Origin: Oligoflexia bacterium
GTDB taxonomy: Bacteria; Bdellovibrionota; UBA1018
Reading direction: 5' to 3'
Length of the DNA: 64,000 nt
Assembly (NCBI GenBank): GCA_963758495.1
Contig: CAVWVI010000004.1
Span: 672,001-736,000 of the forward strand
Below, piece after piece: positions 29,930 to 40,185 of this stretch; positions within the stretch are counted from its first letter, which is position 1, and each line of letters opens with the position of its first letter. The translations under genes were made by a program, and so were the position numbers. Under the pieces are notes generated by a model. It did no database searches. It was not told where the DNA came from and saw only the letters and a program-made list of their open reading frames with translations.

Positions 29930-31654
29930 TCAGGTCGAGGTTCGACTCAGCTTATTTTTTATTTTTTCTGTAAAAAGATCAATTACCTCAGTGACCTCTT
30001 TCAAATGAAACATTTTGGCCGCCAACCAGACAAAAAGAACCCCCTCAGTAAGAAGAGCCATCATCTTGACGCCTCTTTGCATAAACACTCCAGTTTTGCC
30101 AAATTGCAATAAATACAGTGTTGCGCCCTGGAGCCATAGCGTTAAAAAGTGATCTGAAACAAAGCATACAAAACCCATAGCTAGAGCAATACTTGAGTAG
30201 ACGAGAAAGCTTCGACCTAGAGGAGCCAGAGGAAATCGCCCCCCCTTTTCTTGAATTAACTTACGGATTGCAAATAACAAAAAAACCCCATTTATGATCG
30301 CAGCAAGAGAGGTTCCCAGTGCCAACCCCCAATACCCAAAAGGTTTCACCATGATCAGGTTGAGACCAATCGTGACCCCCACAGCAAGGATACTGGAAAA
30401 AACAGGTAAGCGCGTATTGCCCAATGCATAACAAGCTGGAACTAGCACTTTGACTGCTGAGTATGCGGTTAATCCAATTGAATACATTGCAAGAGCCATT
30501 GACGTGGCGCGCGTATCCTCTGAATAGAATCGTCCATACTGAAAGATCAATTCAATAATAGGATAACCTAGAAAGGCTAGCCCAGCAGAAGCAGGAAGAT
30601 TGACGGCAAAGACTGTTTTGATACTATGACTCAATGTCTCATGAACTCCTTTAATATCGCCCTGCGCACATTGATAAGAAACACGAGGAAGAGTTGCCGC
30701 TGCTAATGACACTCCAAAAATGCCAATTGGAAACTGCATCAAACGAAATGCATAATTAAGCCAAGATACTGCCCCTGGTTCTTGAGAAGTGGCCAGAATA
30801 GTATTTACCAAGAGATTCACCTGCGTTGCAGCCAAGCCTACAGTTCCAGGTACCATCATCCACAGCATTCGTCTCAGGCCAGGATCTTTTTTCCATTCAG
30901 GATCTTCAGGCCTCTTTTTTGGCCAAACATAACCTGCTCGATACAACGCGGGTAACTGGCAAAACGCCTGAACAGCACCTCCCACAAGAACCCCGATTGC
31001 CATACCTTCAATAGGTAAGATTCCCCAACTTTTTCCCCAATACATCAATACTTCAGCGCAAGTCACACCCACAATGACCGAAGTCATATTGAATAATGCA
31101 GAGGCAAATGCGGGTAAGAAATAAACCCCACAAGCATTCAAAATTCCCATAAAAGCTGCGGCTAACGCAACTAAAGGAAAAAATGGAAACATGATCCTGG
31201 TCATCTGCACGGTGAGTTCAAACTTACCCGGAATGCCCTTGAAAGCTGCTGCGTATAGATTGACAAGTCTGGGTGCAAAAAGAATTCCTACAAGAGTCAA
31301 TCCACTGACCGTAAAGAAAAGAATTCGAAATACCAGACCAGCCAATCTCCACGCACGACGATCTCCCTCTTCAACACGTGTCCGGGTAAAAGTGGGAACC
31401 AGCGATGCACTCATCGCACCTTCTGCAAATAAGTCCCGAAGTAAATTTGGAATTCTAAAGGCAACATTATATGCATCAGTCAAATTGCCCGCTCCAAACA
31501 AGTAGGCAAAGACTTGCTCCCGCACGAGACCCATGATCCGACTCATTAAAGTCGCAATACCCATGACTCCAGCCGCTCTTAAAACACCCGGAGCACTCCC
31601 CAAAGTAGAATCTGAACCAGAAAGTAAGACAGAAGAGTCGTTAGCTTTTGCCAT
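29930..31654 (-). CDS. murJ: Lipid II flippase MurJ
   Basis: SRIMGLVRE, AFRIPNLLRDLFAEGAMS and RLMQFPIGIFG motifs. Confidence 0.95.
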   Translation of the reverse strand: MAKANDSSVLLSGSDSTLGSAPGVLRAAGVMGIATLMSRIMGLVREQVFAYLFGAGNLTDAYNVAFRIPNLLRDLFAEGAMSASLVPTFTRTRVEEGDRRAWRLAGLVFRILFFTVSGLTLVGILFAPRLVNLYAAAFKGIPGKFELTVQMTRIMFPFFPLVALAAAFMGILNACGVYFLPAFASALFNMTSVIVGVTCAEVLMYWGKSWGILPIEGMAIGVLVGGAVQAFCQLPALYRAGYVWPKKRPEDPEWKKDPGLRRMLWMMVPGTVGLAATQVNLLVNTILATSQEPGAVSWLNYAFRLMQFPIGIFGVSLAAATLPRVSYQCAQGDIKGVHETLSHSIKTVFAVNLPASAGLAFLGYPIIELIFQYGRFYSEDTRATSMALAMYSIGLTAYSAVKVLVPACYALGNTRLPVFSSILAVGVTIGLNLIMVKPFGYWGLALGTSLAAIINGVFLLFAIRKLIQEKGGRFPLAPLGRSFLVYSSIALAMGFVCFVSDHFLTLWLQGATLYLLQFGKTGVFMQRGVKMMALLTEGVLFVWLAAKMFHLKEVTEVIDLFTEKIKNKLSRTST

Positions 31655-31657
31655 GAA

Positions 31658-31966
31658 TTAAGAGAGCTTTGACCCATTGAAAGTCTTTTTAAGCCAATGA
31701 GTAATACCTTCATCAATCTTTGCCTTAAATGGAGAAGCAAGAAGACTCAACTTACCCTCGAGTTCCATCTTTTCATCCTGGCACTTGAGGGATGCAGAAA
31801 ACATAGATGACTTGACACAAACTTCCTTGAGTTCAGGGTTTCTTTCAATTTCAAACTTCCCTAATGCAGCTTTACTCATAAGATGATCGATTCCCATAGA
31901 AACTGCATTATAAAGCTCTTGGGCCGTTTTACCTGGAATTTGAACTTTTCTCGAATAACTTGGCAT
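31658..31966 (-). CDS. Polyhydroxyalkanoic-acid-system (PHA_gran_rgn-like) protein
   Basis: ~100 aa ending GKLSLLASPFKAKIDEGI, typical of the family. Confidence 0.6.
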   Translation of the reverse strand: MPSYSRKVQIPGKTAQELYNAVSMGIDHLMSKAALGKFEIERNPELKEVCVKSSMFSASLKCQDEKMELEGKLSLLASPFKAKIDEGITHWLKKTFNGSKLS

Positions 31967-31995
31967 TTTATATGTACTCCCTCGATTACAGTAGG

Positions 31996-33891
31996 CTAGT
32001 CGAATTCACGTAATAATTCAATATCAGCCAGCTCCTGACCATAGTCTACAAAATCCTTAGAATTCACTTTCCAGCGAACGACTCGTACATGAGTGGGTAA
32101 AGCATGCGGAATGAATACTCCTAACGATTCGATAATAATCAAAGGTTCATGGGCAGCAACCAAAGATCCTGCCCGAAACAAGACAGCATTCACTCTCCCG
32201 GAAATTAAGGAGGAAAGCTTAAAGTTTAAAGACCCATTCATTTTCCTGACACTTTTAAACCAAGACCCAATACGTACAAGCCAACGCAGGTTGCTCGTCG
32301 GAAATGCCGAAACTCGTGCAGATACTCCTACTTTGAGTTCAATTTCTCCAGAAACTCCCCTACGTCCTTCTTCGCTCCAAAATGAAGGACCTTCTTTCCA
32401 TTTCAAAGATGAACCCAAACTGACTCCAGATTGCTTCCATTGCTCTCCAATAATCCATCGTGAAGTCAAATTTCCATCATCTCCACATTCCGCACAAATC
32501 CTCCCAAAACTTTGAATGACTTCCAAAGACGGCTGAGTAGCAGGTAAAAACTCTTCATCTACAAACGCAGTATGAAAAATTTCTTCTTTAACCCATGGGT
32601 GACTCAGTAGCTCCGACAAAAATCTCTCATTCGTTTGGAGACTCCCGGAAATCCAAATTTCATTTAAAACCCTTTGTGTGACAGGTAATAATTGCTCGCG
32701 ATTTGGCCCAGAAACAAAAAGAACTCCAAGAAGTCCAGATCCAGAAGTAGATACCTTTTGACCTTCCTTACAAGCTAATACTAAATCTGCCTGAGTCTCC
32801 TCAATATCCCAATGCCGAATGCTAGAAAGCTCTTGGACTTTTCCAACTTGAGGAAAATGAAAAAGAGAATCCTCCGCATAAATTCTAGCTGAAATACCCG
32901 AACTCCATTCTTTCTTCGGTTTAATCGCGGGCATCTTGTGTTTTTGATTCAATTCCAAAGTGGCTAATTGCCAAGAAACGGCAGAAATTCCAGCAACTTT
33001 TTCCAAAAGACCAAAGCCCGTACTCAATCGAGAGAGGCCATCAATCAAAAAGCACTGAGTTCCATCTACTAAAAACTCCAAAGAGCCGACCCCAATGTAA
33101 TTACAATGATCAATAAAGCGAGTAGTCCACTTAATCAATAATTTTTGAACTTCTGGATCCACCCGAATGGCTGGACAAAATTCAACAACCTTACGATAAC
33201 GGCATTGCAAAGAGGCATCTGAAATCGGAAAGATTTGCACACGCCCATCTTTAAACCTCGCAAAGGGCACCACAAGATGCCTAGCACCTTCCAGGTATTT
33301 CACAGGAAAAAGGATGACCTCCCCCAAGTGCTGCCGGAGCTGATTCAGCCATAAAGGCAGCTCTTTCCTGAGTCCAGTCAAATTCTGTACTACAAATAAA
33401 CCGACACTTCCTCCTCCTTGAACTGATTTCAAAATAAATGGAAACGTCTGTCCGCTGTGCCGAATGAATTCCTCAATTTCACGAATCGTATAAAGAGAGT
33501 CAAAACTATTAACTAAATGAGGGATCCCTAATCGTTCGGCATCCAAGAAAAAACTTAACTTATTTCCAAAAGTAAACTGCGCTTTTGGCGACGGGCAAAT
33601 AGGTATTAAGCCCAACTCATGAGCAACATTGACGAACTCAGGCCTTTCAGCCCAGATAGTCGTTCCTGGATGAACCAGGCCATTTCCATTTGAAACAGCC
33701 CAGAACTCTGCTAAAATACTCCGCAATTCTGGCAAAGAGTGGCGATCACCTAGTTTTGGGAGCTTCTTGGGAGTCAGCTCATTTAAAAAAAGCGTGTCAA
33801 ACCCCGCATCTTTCAGCTGTTGTGCAATCATTTGTGCTATTATCGCTTCACCCAGGATGAGCACTTGAGGTGGTTTCAATTTTGTCGCCAT
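31996..33891 (-). CDS. Biotin carboxylase/BCCP-like protein with degenerate catalytic motifs
   Basis: ATP-grasp traces (FPFILKSVQGGG, SLQCRYRKVVE, LEFL, ARIYAED, TNERFL) plus a C-terminal lipoyl/biotinyl-like domain; likely start ATG 33891. Confidence 0.75.
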   Translation of the reverse strand: MATKLKPPQVLILGEAIIAQMIAQQLKDAGFDTLFLNELTPKKLPKLGDRHSLPELRSILAEFWAVSNGNGLVHPGTTIWAERPEFVNVAHELGLIPICPSPKAQFTFGNKLSFFLDAERLGIPHLVNSFDSLYTIREIEEFIRHSGQTFPFILKSVQGGGSVGLFVVQNLTGLRKELPLWLNQLRQHLGEVILFPVKYLEGARHLVVPFARFKDGRVQIFPISDASLQCRYRKVVEFCPAIRVDPEVQKLLIKWTTRFIDHCNYIGVGSLEFLVDGTQCFLIDGLSRLSTGFGLLEKVAGISAVSWQLATLELNQKHKMPAIKPKKEWSSGISARIYAEDSLFHFPQVGKVQELSSIRHWDIEETQADLVLACKEGQKVSTSGSGLLGVLFVSGPNREQLLPVTQRVLNEIWISGSLQTNERFLSELLSHPWVKEEIFHTAFVDEEFLPATQPSLEVIQSFGRICAECGDDGNLTSRWIIGEQWKQSGVSLGSSLKWKEGPSFWSEEGRRGVSGEIELKVGVSARVSAFPTSNLRWLVRIGSWFKSVRKMNGSLNFKLSSLISGRVNAVLFRAGSLVAAHEPLIIIESLGVFIPHALPTHVRVVRWKVNSKDFVDYGQELADIELLREFD

Positions 33892-33960
33892 ACTTAATAT
33901 AACGCTAAACGTAACGCAGCCTCTAGACAAAGGCCATCCTGTTTAATCTGGGTAACAAAT

Positions 33961-35208
33961 ATGAAAGTTTCAGAACCTCTCTCATTGGCATTCGGATCCG
34001 AGTTTGAAAAACGAATTATAGACTTTGCGGTTGAGCAAGAGCTATTACCCGACTTTAATACTTTTAATTCTCCACGATTCCTTGCCCGATCTATCGTGCC
34101 TCATGTTAAAAAGCTATCAGCGCTTTTTAATCGAGAACAGAAAGATCAAAGCAGTGGCTTGAGCCCCTACTGGAAGGAGAGCTCGAATCCCAACCATCTT
34201 CGTTTAGCTTATTTTCTCTATTTCATGCCTTCCAACTTATTTCGTGTATCAGCAGTGTGGTCCGAGCTCTCACGACTCGGCTTTAAATGGCCAAGCAAGA
34301 ACTTTCGAGCCATTGAGTTTGGAGCAGGTCCTGCTTCAGGAGCTTGTGGCATTGCAGCAGGAGAGCGATATGCTCCCGTTGGACTTCCCAAGGAAGGCAA
34401 CTGGGCACTCATTGAACAAGATAAATCCATGTTAGAGTTAGGATCAAGCTGGGCCGCCAATTATTTCTCCTTTTTGGGCCGTGACACCTGGGATACCAGG
34501 CCCTTCCATCGAAAAATTGATTCGGACCAAGGCTTTTTACCCAGAACCGCACCCAAATTCAATTTATGGCTCATGAGCTATTATTTAAATGAAACTTTGT
34601 CTCCCCCAGAAAAACTGGCTCAAACTCTCATGAGGGACTGGGGTCGTCATCTTGAAGATGAAGGCATTGTGATCATCGTTGAGCCCGCTCTTAAGCTCCA
34701 ATCACGACGCCTTTTAGAACTCCGACGTGAACTCTTGCTAGAAAAAGACAGACAAAAAGCAGATTGGTTTCAAATTCTACTTCCTTGCTTAGGACACCAG
34801 TCTTGTGGAGCCTTAAGCAATCCAGAGGATTGGTGTCACGAAGATGTCAGTTGGTGGCGACCTCCCTATTTTAGAAAAATTGATGCCATGGCTGGACTGG
34901 ATCGTAAAACTCTTCCCTTTAGTTATTTGGTGATCGCTAAATCCCATCGCTCTCGAGAAGAGATTTTACCTGCGTTAGCTCAATCCACTCCTCAAGAACG
35001 CCATAGACTCGTCAGTCCTGCCCATTCCGAAGGTCGAGAATTGGAATTTTTTATCTGTGGACCTGAAGGAAAAAAGCGAGCACGATATAAACCTGAAAAC
35101 GAAGCGGATCCAGCCGCCGAAATCAACCGCGGAAGTATACTATTAGGGTCTGAAATTCGAGGCAATAAAAACTCTGCACGTGTAAGCAAGATCAAAAAAG
35201 TAATCTAA
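33961..35208 (+). CDS. Rsm22/METTL17-like SAM-dependent methyltransferase
   Basis: AYFLYFMP, EFGAGPA, SYYLNE, IVEPA, PCxxxxxC...WCH and FSYLV motifs. Confidence 0.75.
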   Translation: MKVSEPLSLAFGSEFEKRIIDFAVEQELLPDFNTFNSPRFLARSIVPHVKKLSALFNREQKDQSSGLSPYWKESSNPNHLRLAYFLYFMPSNLFRVSAVWSELSRLGFKWPSKNFRAIEFGAGPASGACGIAAGERYAPVGLPKEGNWALIEQDKSMLELGSSWAANYFSFLGRDTWDTRPFHRKIDSDQGFLPRTAPKFNLWLMSYYLNETLSPPEKLAQTLMRDWGRHLEDEGIVIIVEPALKLQSRRLLELRRELLLEKDRQKADWFQILLPCLGHQSCGALSNPEDWCHEDVSWWRPPYFRKIDAMAGLDRKTLPFSYLVIAKSHRSREEILPALAQSTPQERHRLVSPAHSEGRELEFFICGPEGKKRARYKPENEADPAAEINRGSILLGSEIRGNKNSARVSKIKKVI

Positions 35209-35264
35209 AAAGTAATCTATAGATTGGCCTTGAATTGACGTGCGATTTATTTTAGCTCTAGAGA

Positions 35265-37439
35265 ATGGCTCTCAATTTAAATAAACTGAACACGTGTCAA
35301 CGTGAGGCCGTTCTCTATCCTTCTGGACCTCTCCTTGTTTTAGCTGGCGCAGGCAGCGGTAAAACCAGTACGATGGCCTACCGAATTGCACACCTGATTG
35401 CCGAAAGATATATGCCGGGTTCAGCGATTTTGGGATTGTCTTTTACAAACAAAGCTGCAACCGAACTGAAAGAGCGTGTGACTTCTTTAGTTGCTGGAGC
35501 GGTAGGAAAAAAGGCGAATCGGGGTTTGACGATTACGACTTTTCATAGCTTATGTGCCCGACTTTTGAGAGCTCATGCAGATCGTATTGGTTATCAAACG
35601 AATTTTACGATTTTAGATCAAAATGACCAAACGGATGTTCTTAAGCAAGTATTAAGAAATATTAAAATTGACGAAAGACGTTTTGATCCCTCCATCATTT
35701 TATTTGAGGTCGGTCAGGCGAAAAATCGATTTTTAGGCCCAGCTGAGGCAGAGAATTTTTTTCTGGAATCAGGTCGATTATCTCAGGACTATGCATTAGC
35801 AGCAGCCTCTAGTTTTGGGCGTTATCAAGATCAACTTCGTATTTTAAATGCAATGGATTTTGACGACTTAATCTTCAATACAGTGCAACTTCTCGAAGCT
35901 CATCCGGACATTCGAGATCAGTATAACTACAAATTTAGACATATTTTGGTTGATGAATATCAAGATACTAATCCTGCACAATTTCGAATTTTAAAACTTT
36001 TAACAGAGAAACAGCAAAATCTATGCGTGGTCGGAGATGATGATCAATCCATCTACGCCTGGCGTGGAGCTGATCCTGCTCATATTTTAGAGTTTTCACG
36101 TCATTTTCCCCAGGCCCATACCATTGCGCTCGAACAAAATTATAGAAGTACTTCTCGGATTTTAGAAGCCGCCAATAGCGTGATTGAAAAAAATAAAAAT
36201 CGCTATCCCAAAAAACTATGGTCAGATCGTGGCTTAGGTGAACCTCTGACCGAAGTGGTACTGGAAGAAGATCGAGCCGAGTCCGAATTTGTAGCAGAAG
36301 AAATTCAGAGAAAAGCGACAGACCACAATCGTGCTTGGAAGGACTTTGCGATTCTTTATCGATCGAATGCACAGTCAAGAGTATTTGAAGAAGCACTGAG
36401 AAGACGCGGAATTCCATACAGAATCATAGGCGGGTTATCCTTTTTGGCTCGCAAGGAAGTCAAGGATGTTTTGTCCTACTGGCGATTGATCGCAAATCAT
36501 AAAGACGATGCATCATTGAGAAGAATATTAAACTGGCCTGCTCGCGGAATCGGTAAAACCTCGGTTGAAGCTTTGGGTGGCTATGCGTTTGAGAATGGGC
36601 TTCCTCTTTTTGAGACTCTTTCTAAAGCATCTCAATTAGCACCCAAAACAGCCCATGCAGTAATGGGTTTTCGTGATCTAATAACAAAATTGAGCCAACG
36701 CTTAGATGCTGTTCCCTGTGATCGTGAAGCGATGGCGGCTTGGGCAAAAGAATCCCTAGAGAGCATCCAGGCAAAACGAGCTATTGAAGAAGAGTGTGAT
36801 GATCCCGTCCAAGCCGGTAGAAAATGGGAAAACGTAGAGGAGCTGATCCACTCCATTGGACAATTTAAGTGCGAAGAAGCACCCTTATTAAGTGAAGTAG
36901 AACCCAATACAGATCCAAGTACAAATGAAGAAATATTAGGACTCTCTGGGAAAACTGGTATCCATTTCTTGCGTGAATTTTTAAATCGGATGACATTAGA
37001 AGCGCAAGAGACTGAAAAAGATGAAGATAAAAACGATAAAGACACTCAGAAAAATCAAGTGACCTTACTGACATTGCACGGAGCTAAAGGTCTTGAGTTT
37101 CCCGTCGTATTTCTAGTCGGGGTAGAGGAAGGATTTTTACCTCATCGTCGAACGATAGAAGAAGCAACGGATTTTGGTGAAGAACGACGCCTCTGTTACG
37201 TTGGAATTACTCGGGCCAAAGATCATCTCTTTATCACACGAGCTAAAAATAGAATCCGTTATGGCAAACCTGTGCCCCGCACACCGAGTCGATTCTTAGA
37301 AGAAATTCCTAAAGAATTACTTGTCCGCATAGATCACTCCGGAACTCCAGATTTCGGATCGAAAGAAGCTGAAGCTCAACATGAAGTTCAGGTAAAAAAC
37401 TATTTGGCCGAAATTCGGGCCAATCTATTGAAGAAATAA
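35265..37439 (+). CDS. UvrD/Rep/PcrA SF1A DNA helicase
   Basis: AGAGSGKT, DEYQD, VGDDDQSIY, QNYRS, TLHGAKGLEF and EERRLCYVGITRA motifs. Confidence 0.95.
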   Translation: MALNLNKLNTCQREAVLYPSGPLLVLAGAGSGKTSTMAYRIAHLIAERYMPGSAILGLSFTNKAATELKERVTSLVAGAVGKKANRGLTITTFHSLCARLLRAHADRIGYQTNFTILDQNDQTDVLKQVLRNIKIDERRFDPSIILFEVGQAKNRFLGPAEAENFFLESGRLSQDYALAAASSFGRYQDQLRILNAMDFDDLIFNTVQLLEAHPDIRDQYNYKFRHILVDEYQDTNPAQFRILKLLTEKQQNLCVVGDDDQSIYAWRGADPAHILEFSRHFPQAHTIALEQNYRSTSRILEAANSVIEKNKNRYPKKLWSDRGLGEPLTEVVLEEDRAESEFVAEEIQRKATDHNRAWKDFAILYRSNAQSRVFEEALRRRGIPYRIIGGLSFLARKEVKDVLSYWRLIANHKDDASLRRILNWPARGIGKTSVEALGGYAFENGLPLFETLSKASQLAPKTAHAVMGFRDLITKLSQRLDAVPCDREAMAAWAKESLESIQAKRAIEEECDDPVQAGRKWENVEELIHSIGQFKCEEAPLLSEVEPNTDPSTNEEILGLSGKTGIHFLREFLNRMTLEAQETEKDEDKNDKDTQKNQVTLLTLHGAKGLEFPVVFLVGVEEGFLPHRRTIEEATDFGEERRLCYVGITRAKDHLFITRAKNRIRYGKPVPRTPSRFLEEIPKELLVRIDHSGTPDFGSKEAEAQHEVQVKNYLAEIRANLLKK

Positions 37440-37566
37440 AAAATGCTTCGCCGCATTATAACAGGCTTGAATAGTTTGATTGTCGATTACAGTATGTGTT
37501 TAATTTATAATTACCTTGACGCTGTTTAGCCTCGCCACGATCCTATTTAAACAGGAGACGAAAAAA

Positions 37567-37758
37567 ATGAGTGGAAAAGAGTTCAAGCCGGGGCAGCAGG
37601 CAGAAGTTTCTGGAGCCTATCGAGTAAATCATGACCAAAATCACATTAACCCTCACGAAATTACGATGATTAAGGGAAATACCTTTCCACCGTGTCCAGG
37701 TTGCATAGGCGTGAAATACACGCTCATTAGAGAGACCATCCACATTTCCTCTAAATAG
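37567..37758 (+). CDS. YjzC-like small protein
   Basis: FKPGQQAEVSGAY...EITMIKGNTFPPCxxC; AGGAG SD upstream of ATG 37567. Confidence 0.7.
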   Translation: MSGKEFKPGQQAEVSGAYRVNHDQNHINPHEITMIKGNTFPPCPGCIGVKYTLIRETIHISSK

Positions 37759-37930
37759 GCGCTGAAGTCTAGATTGCCAAAAATAAGATCGAAATGAGGA
37801 AAAAATAAAATCGCTGACATTGATCTTCTTGAAGTCGAGAAGCAAGAATTGGCAAATGCCATCTATAAGGTTTCTACTTTGAATAAGAATCCGTAAATTT
37901 CGCTAGATCCATATCCATGTACCGCTAAAG

Positions 37931-38470
37931 CTAAAGACCGCTTGATATGTCTTTTAAGCCCGGAGTCTTCTCGTATTTAATACCGACTACAGCATGACTG
38001 GGATTTTGTCCAAAATTCTTACTCAGAAAAATTATGTCGTCATCTTTCGTGGTCCAAACTTGTTGGCCTTCTTTCGATAAAGGGTCAGGTTTTCCATACT
38101 TAAGCGTGAGCTGAGTGGAAACTATTTTGAAGATTTCATCACTCTCAGATTTCATCGGTTCAGTGAATGTAAGGTTTTTCAGATCGATCTCTGTACCTTG
38201 CAGAGGAAAAAGAATTTTAACATCCTTCAGCCCTTTTTTGTCAAAGTTGAAGATTACTAACGCAGTCATGAGATTGGCAATCGGCCTTACAATAGCGTAG
38301 CTCCTCTCTCTGTTCTGATTTCTTTTCACTGTGCCACCAGGGTAAAGCGCCCTCACATTGGCCAATGACATTCCCCACTTCGTCTTATCGTAATGAGCAT
38401 TGGCTGGAGACGTACCGAATGTCATAATAGCCATCACGTTTACAGACAACCAAAGAGGAAACTTTCTCAT
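37931..38470 (-). CDS. Secreted hypothetical protein
   Basis: Signal peptide ending ANA; KWGMS and KYGKP motifs; GGAG SD. Confidence 0.65.
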   Translation of the reverse strand: MRKFPLWLSVNVMAIMTFGTSPANAHYDKTKWGMSLANVRALYPGGTVKRNQNRERSYAIVRPIANLMTALVIFNFDKKGLKDVKILFPLQGTEIDLKNLTFTEPMKSESDEIFKIVSTQLTLKYGKPDPLSKEGQQVWTTKDDDIIFLSKNFGQNPSHAVVGIKYEKTPGLKDISSGL

Positions 38471-38701
38471 ACTATCTCCATGCGAACAGAATACTTTATG
38501 TTCATTTTAATCAGAATTTTTTAATTATTATTTAAGTAAGTATTATTCTTCACCGATTTTATCACCCCCTAGGTGCTCAATACGGTCTAATAAAAACTAT
38601 TTTAGCCAGATACTTATACTAAAACAATATTAGTTGATATTAAATTTTCAGTTAATTTAAACTAACTTGAATATTAAATAATGTAATGATAAACAAATCC
38701 G

Positions 38702-40105
38702 ATGAAAAAGGTTTATTTCTTACTTTCGATGACTTTTTTATTTGGACAGAGTCCTTCGTTTGCCTTTGGACCAACAGTGCCAGTAACAGATCCGAGTAAT
38801 CCAAATTATCCACAATGGAGAGCTGAGGAAGATAAACGGCACGATAATTTAAAATTACTTTTAAAGAGCATAGGCACTAGTGTTAAGGATTATTTAGCAA
38901 ATCCTCCCCTAAATCCTTGTAGGGAGTGTATTGATGAATCCTGTAATCAAAAGTTTGCTGATGCTCAAGCAAAAGCTGCCGCACCTAAATTACAGAAATG
39001 TCCATGTAAAGAAGAAATTTGCAATGAAAATTTAGCACGCACTATTTCACGGGGGTTATTAAAAGTCCAGCCCACTCATACCTGTCTTACGGAAGCCGAA
39101 GTAGCTAAACGAGACACCATTAGGCGAGTTCACTTTGTCGTATCAGACCTATTAGCAAAAGCTCCATTAAATACTTGTTCAGGTTGTGCCAATGCTCAAT
39201 GTAATGAAAATTTTGTACAGTCCCAAATAGATGAGGCACTTGCTGCAGGGGTACCTGAATGTCCATGCAACGCCGCAGACTGCATTAGAAATTTACCCAA
39301 AGAAGATATCTTAACTCGCCTCTTAAATAGGCATCCTCTTCATAACACTCTTACTGCAGCTCAAATCGCCCAAGCTCGCCTTACGAAAGCTCAATCGGCT
39401 CTGGATGCTGCGGAGGCTCAAGCTGCTGAAGCACTTAAAACAGCTATAGCTATTCAGAATGATCCTCATGCTACTGCCCCTAAAATTACTTTAGCTCTAA
39501 CAATTCTAGAGTCGGCTAATACTGCTGTAGAAAACGCCAAAGCTTCAGTAGCTCAGGCTGCTCAAGCTGTGCATGCAGCCGAAGCCGCACAGACTTGCTT
39601 TCCAGGTGAAACTCTTATTAGCATAAAAGATGATAGCTTAGAGGGGAATCATTCGAAGCCGATTGATTCTATTCAGGTGGGTGATTCTGTTATGAGTTGC
39701 AATCTGAAAGAGGGCATAGAAGCTTGTGAGTTCCGAAAAGTCGAAGGTCTTATTCAAACCCATACTGATCATTTGATCAGACTCTCTTTTGGCGGAGAAA
39801 TATTGAGAGCTACAGATCAACATCCTTTCTATGTTGTTAATAAAAAGGGTTGGTTTAAAGCATGTGATCTCCAAGTAGGAGATCAGCTAGTGACAGGATC
39901 AGGGGAGATTTTTACAGTTGATGAAGTCAATAAAGAGTATGGCACTTTCAAAGTCTATAATTTAAATATTGAAGGACTTCATAATTATTATGCATCAAAT
40001 ATTTTAGTTCATGATTGCACAGTCGTTAAAGGGGAGTCACCAATAAAAGAAGTAGTCACGAGTGTTGGTGAAAATACTGTAAATTTCCAGAATATGACTG
40101 AATAG
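38702..40105 (+). CDS. Secreted Cys-rich protein with pretoxin-type Hint (BIL) domain
   Basis: Signal peptide; duplicated CxxCxxxxC...CPCxxxxC unit; Hint from CFPGETLI (39596) through RATDQHPF and VYNLNIEGLHNYY to LVHD/C (40015). Confidence 0.85.
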   Translation: MKKVYFLLSMTFLFGQSPSFAFGPTVPVTDPSNPNYPQWRAEEDKRHDNLKLLLKSIGTSVKDYLANPPLNPCRECIDESCNQKFADAQAKAAAPKLQKCPCKEEICNENLARTISRGLLKVQPTHTCLTEAEVAKRDTIRRVHFVVSDLLAKAPLNTCSGCANAQCNENFVQSQIDEALAAGVPECPCNAADCIRNLPKEDILTRLLNRHPLHNTLTAAQIAQARLTKAQSALDAAEAQAAEALKTAIAIQNDPHATAPKITLALTILESANTAVENAKASVAQAAQAVHAAEAAQTCFPGETLISIKDDSLEGNHSKPIDSIQVGDSVMSCNLKEGIEACEFRKVEGLIQTHTDHLIRLSFGGEILRATDQHPFYVVNKKGWFKACDLQVGDQLVTGSGEIFTVDEVNKEYGTFKVYNLNIEGLHNYYASNILVHDCTVVKGESPIKEVVTSVGENTVNFQNMTE

Positions 40106-40185
40106 TTCGATCCCAGCTTATTTAAGCATTTAAAGAATGGACGTGCAGTTCGTCTCTGTGAATAACTGGGTTCGATTGTACATAT

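Noticed and set aside
37759..37900. Short coding-like fragment and ORFs 37543-37845 and 37653-37862
   Set aside because: Antisense to the YjzC-like gene or lacking a credible start; at most a gene remnant.
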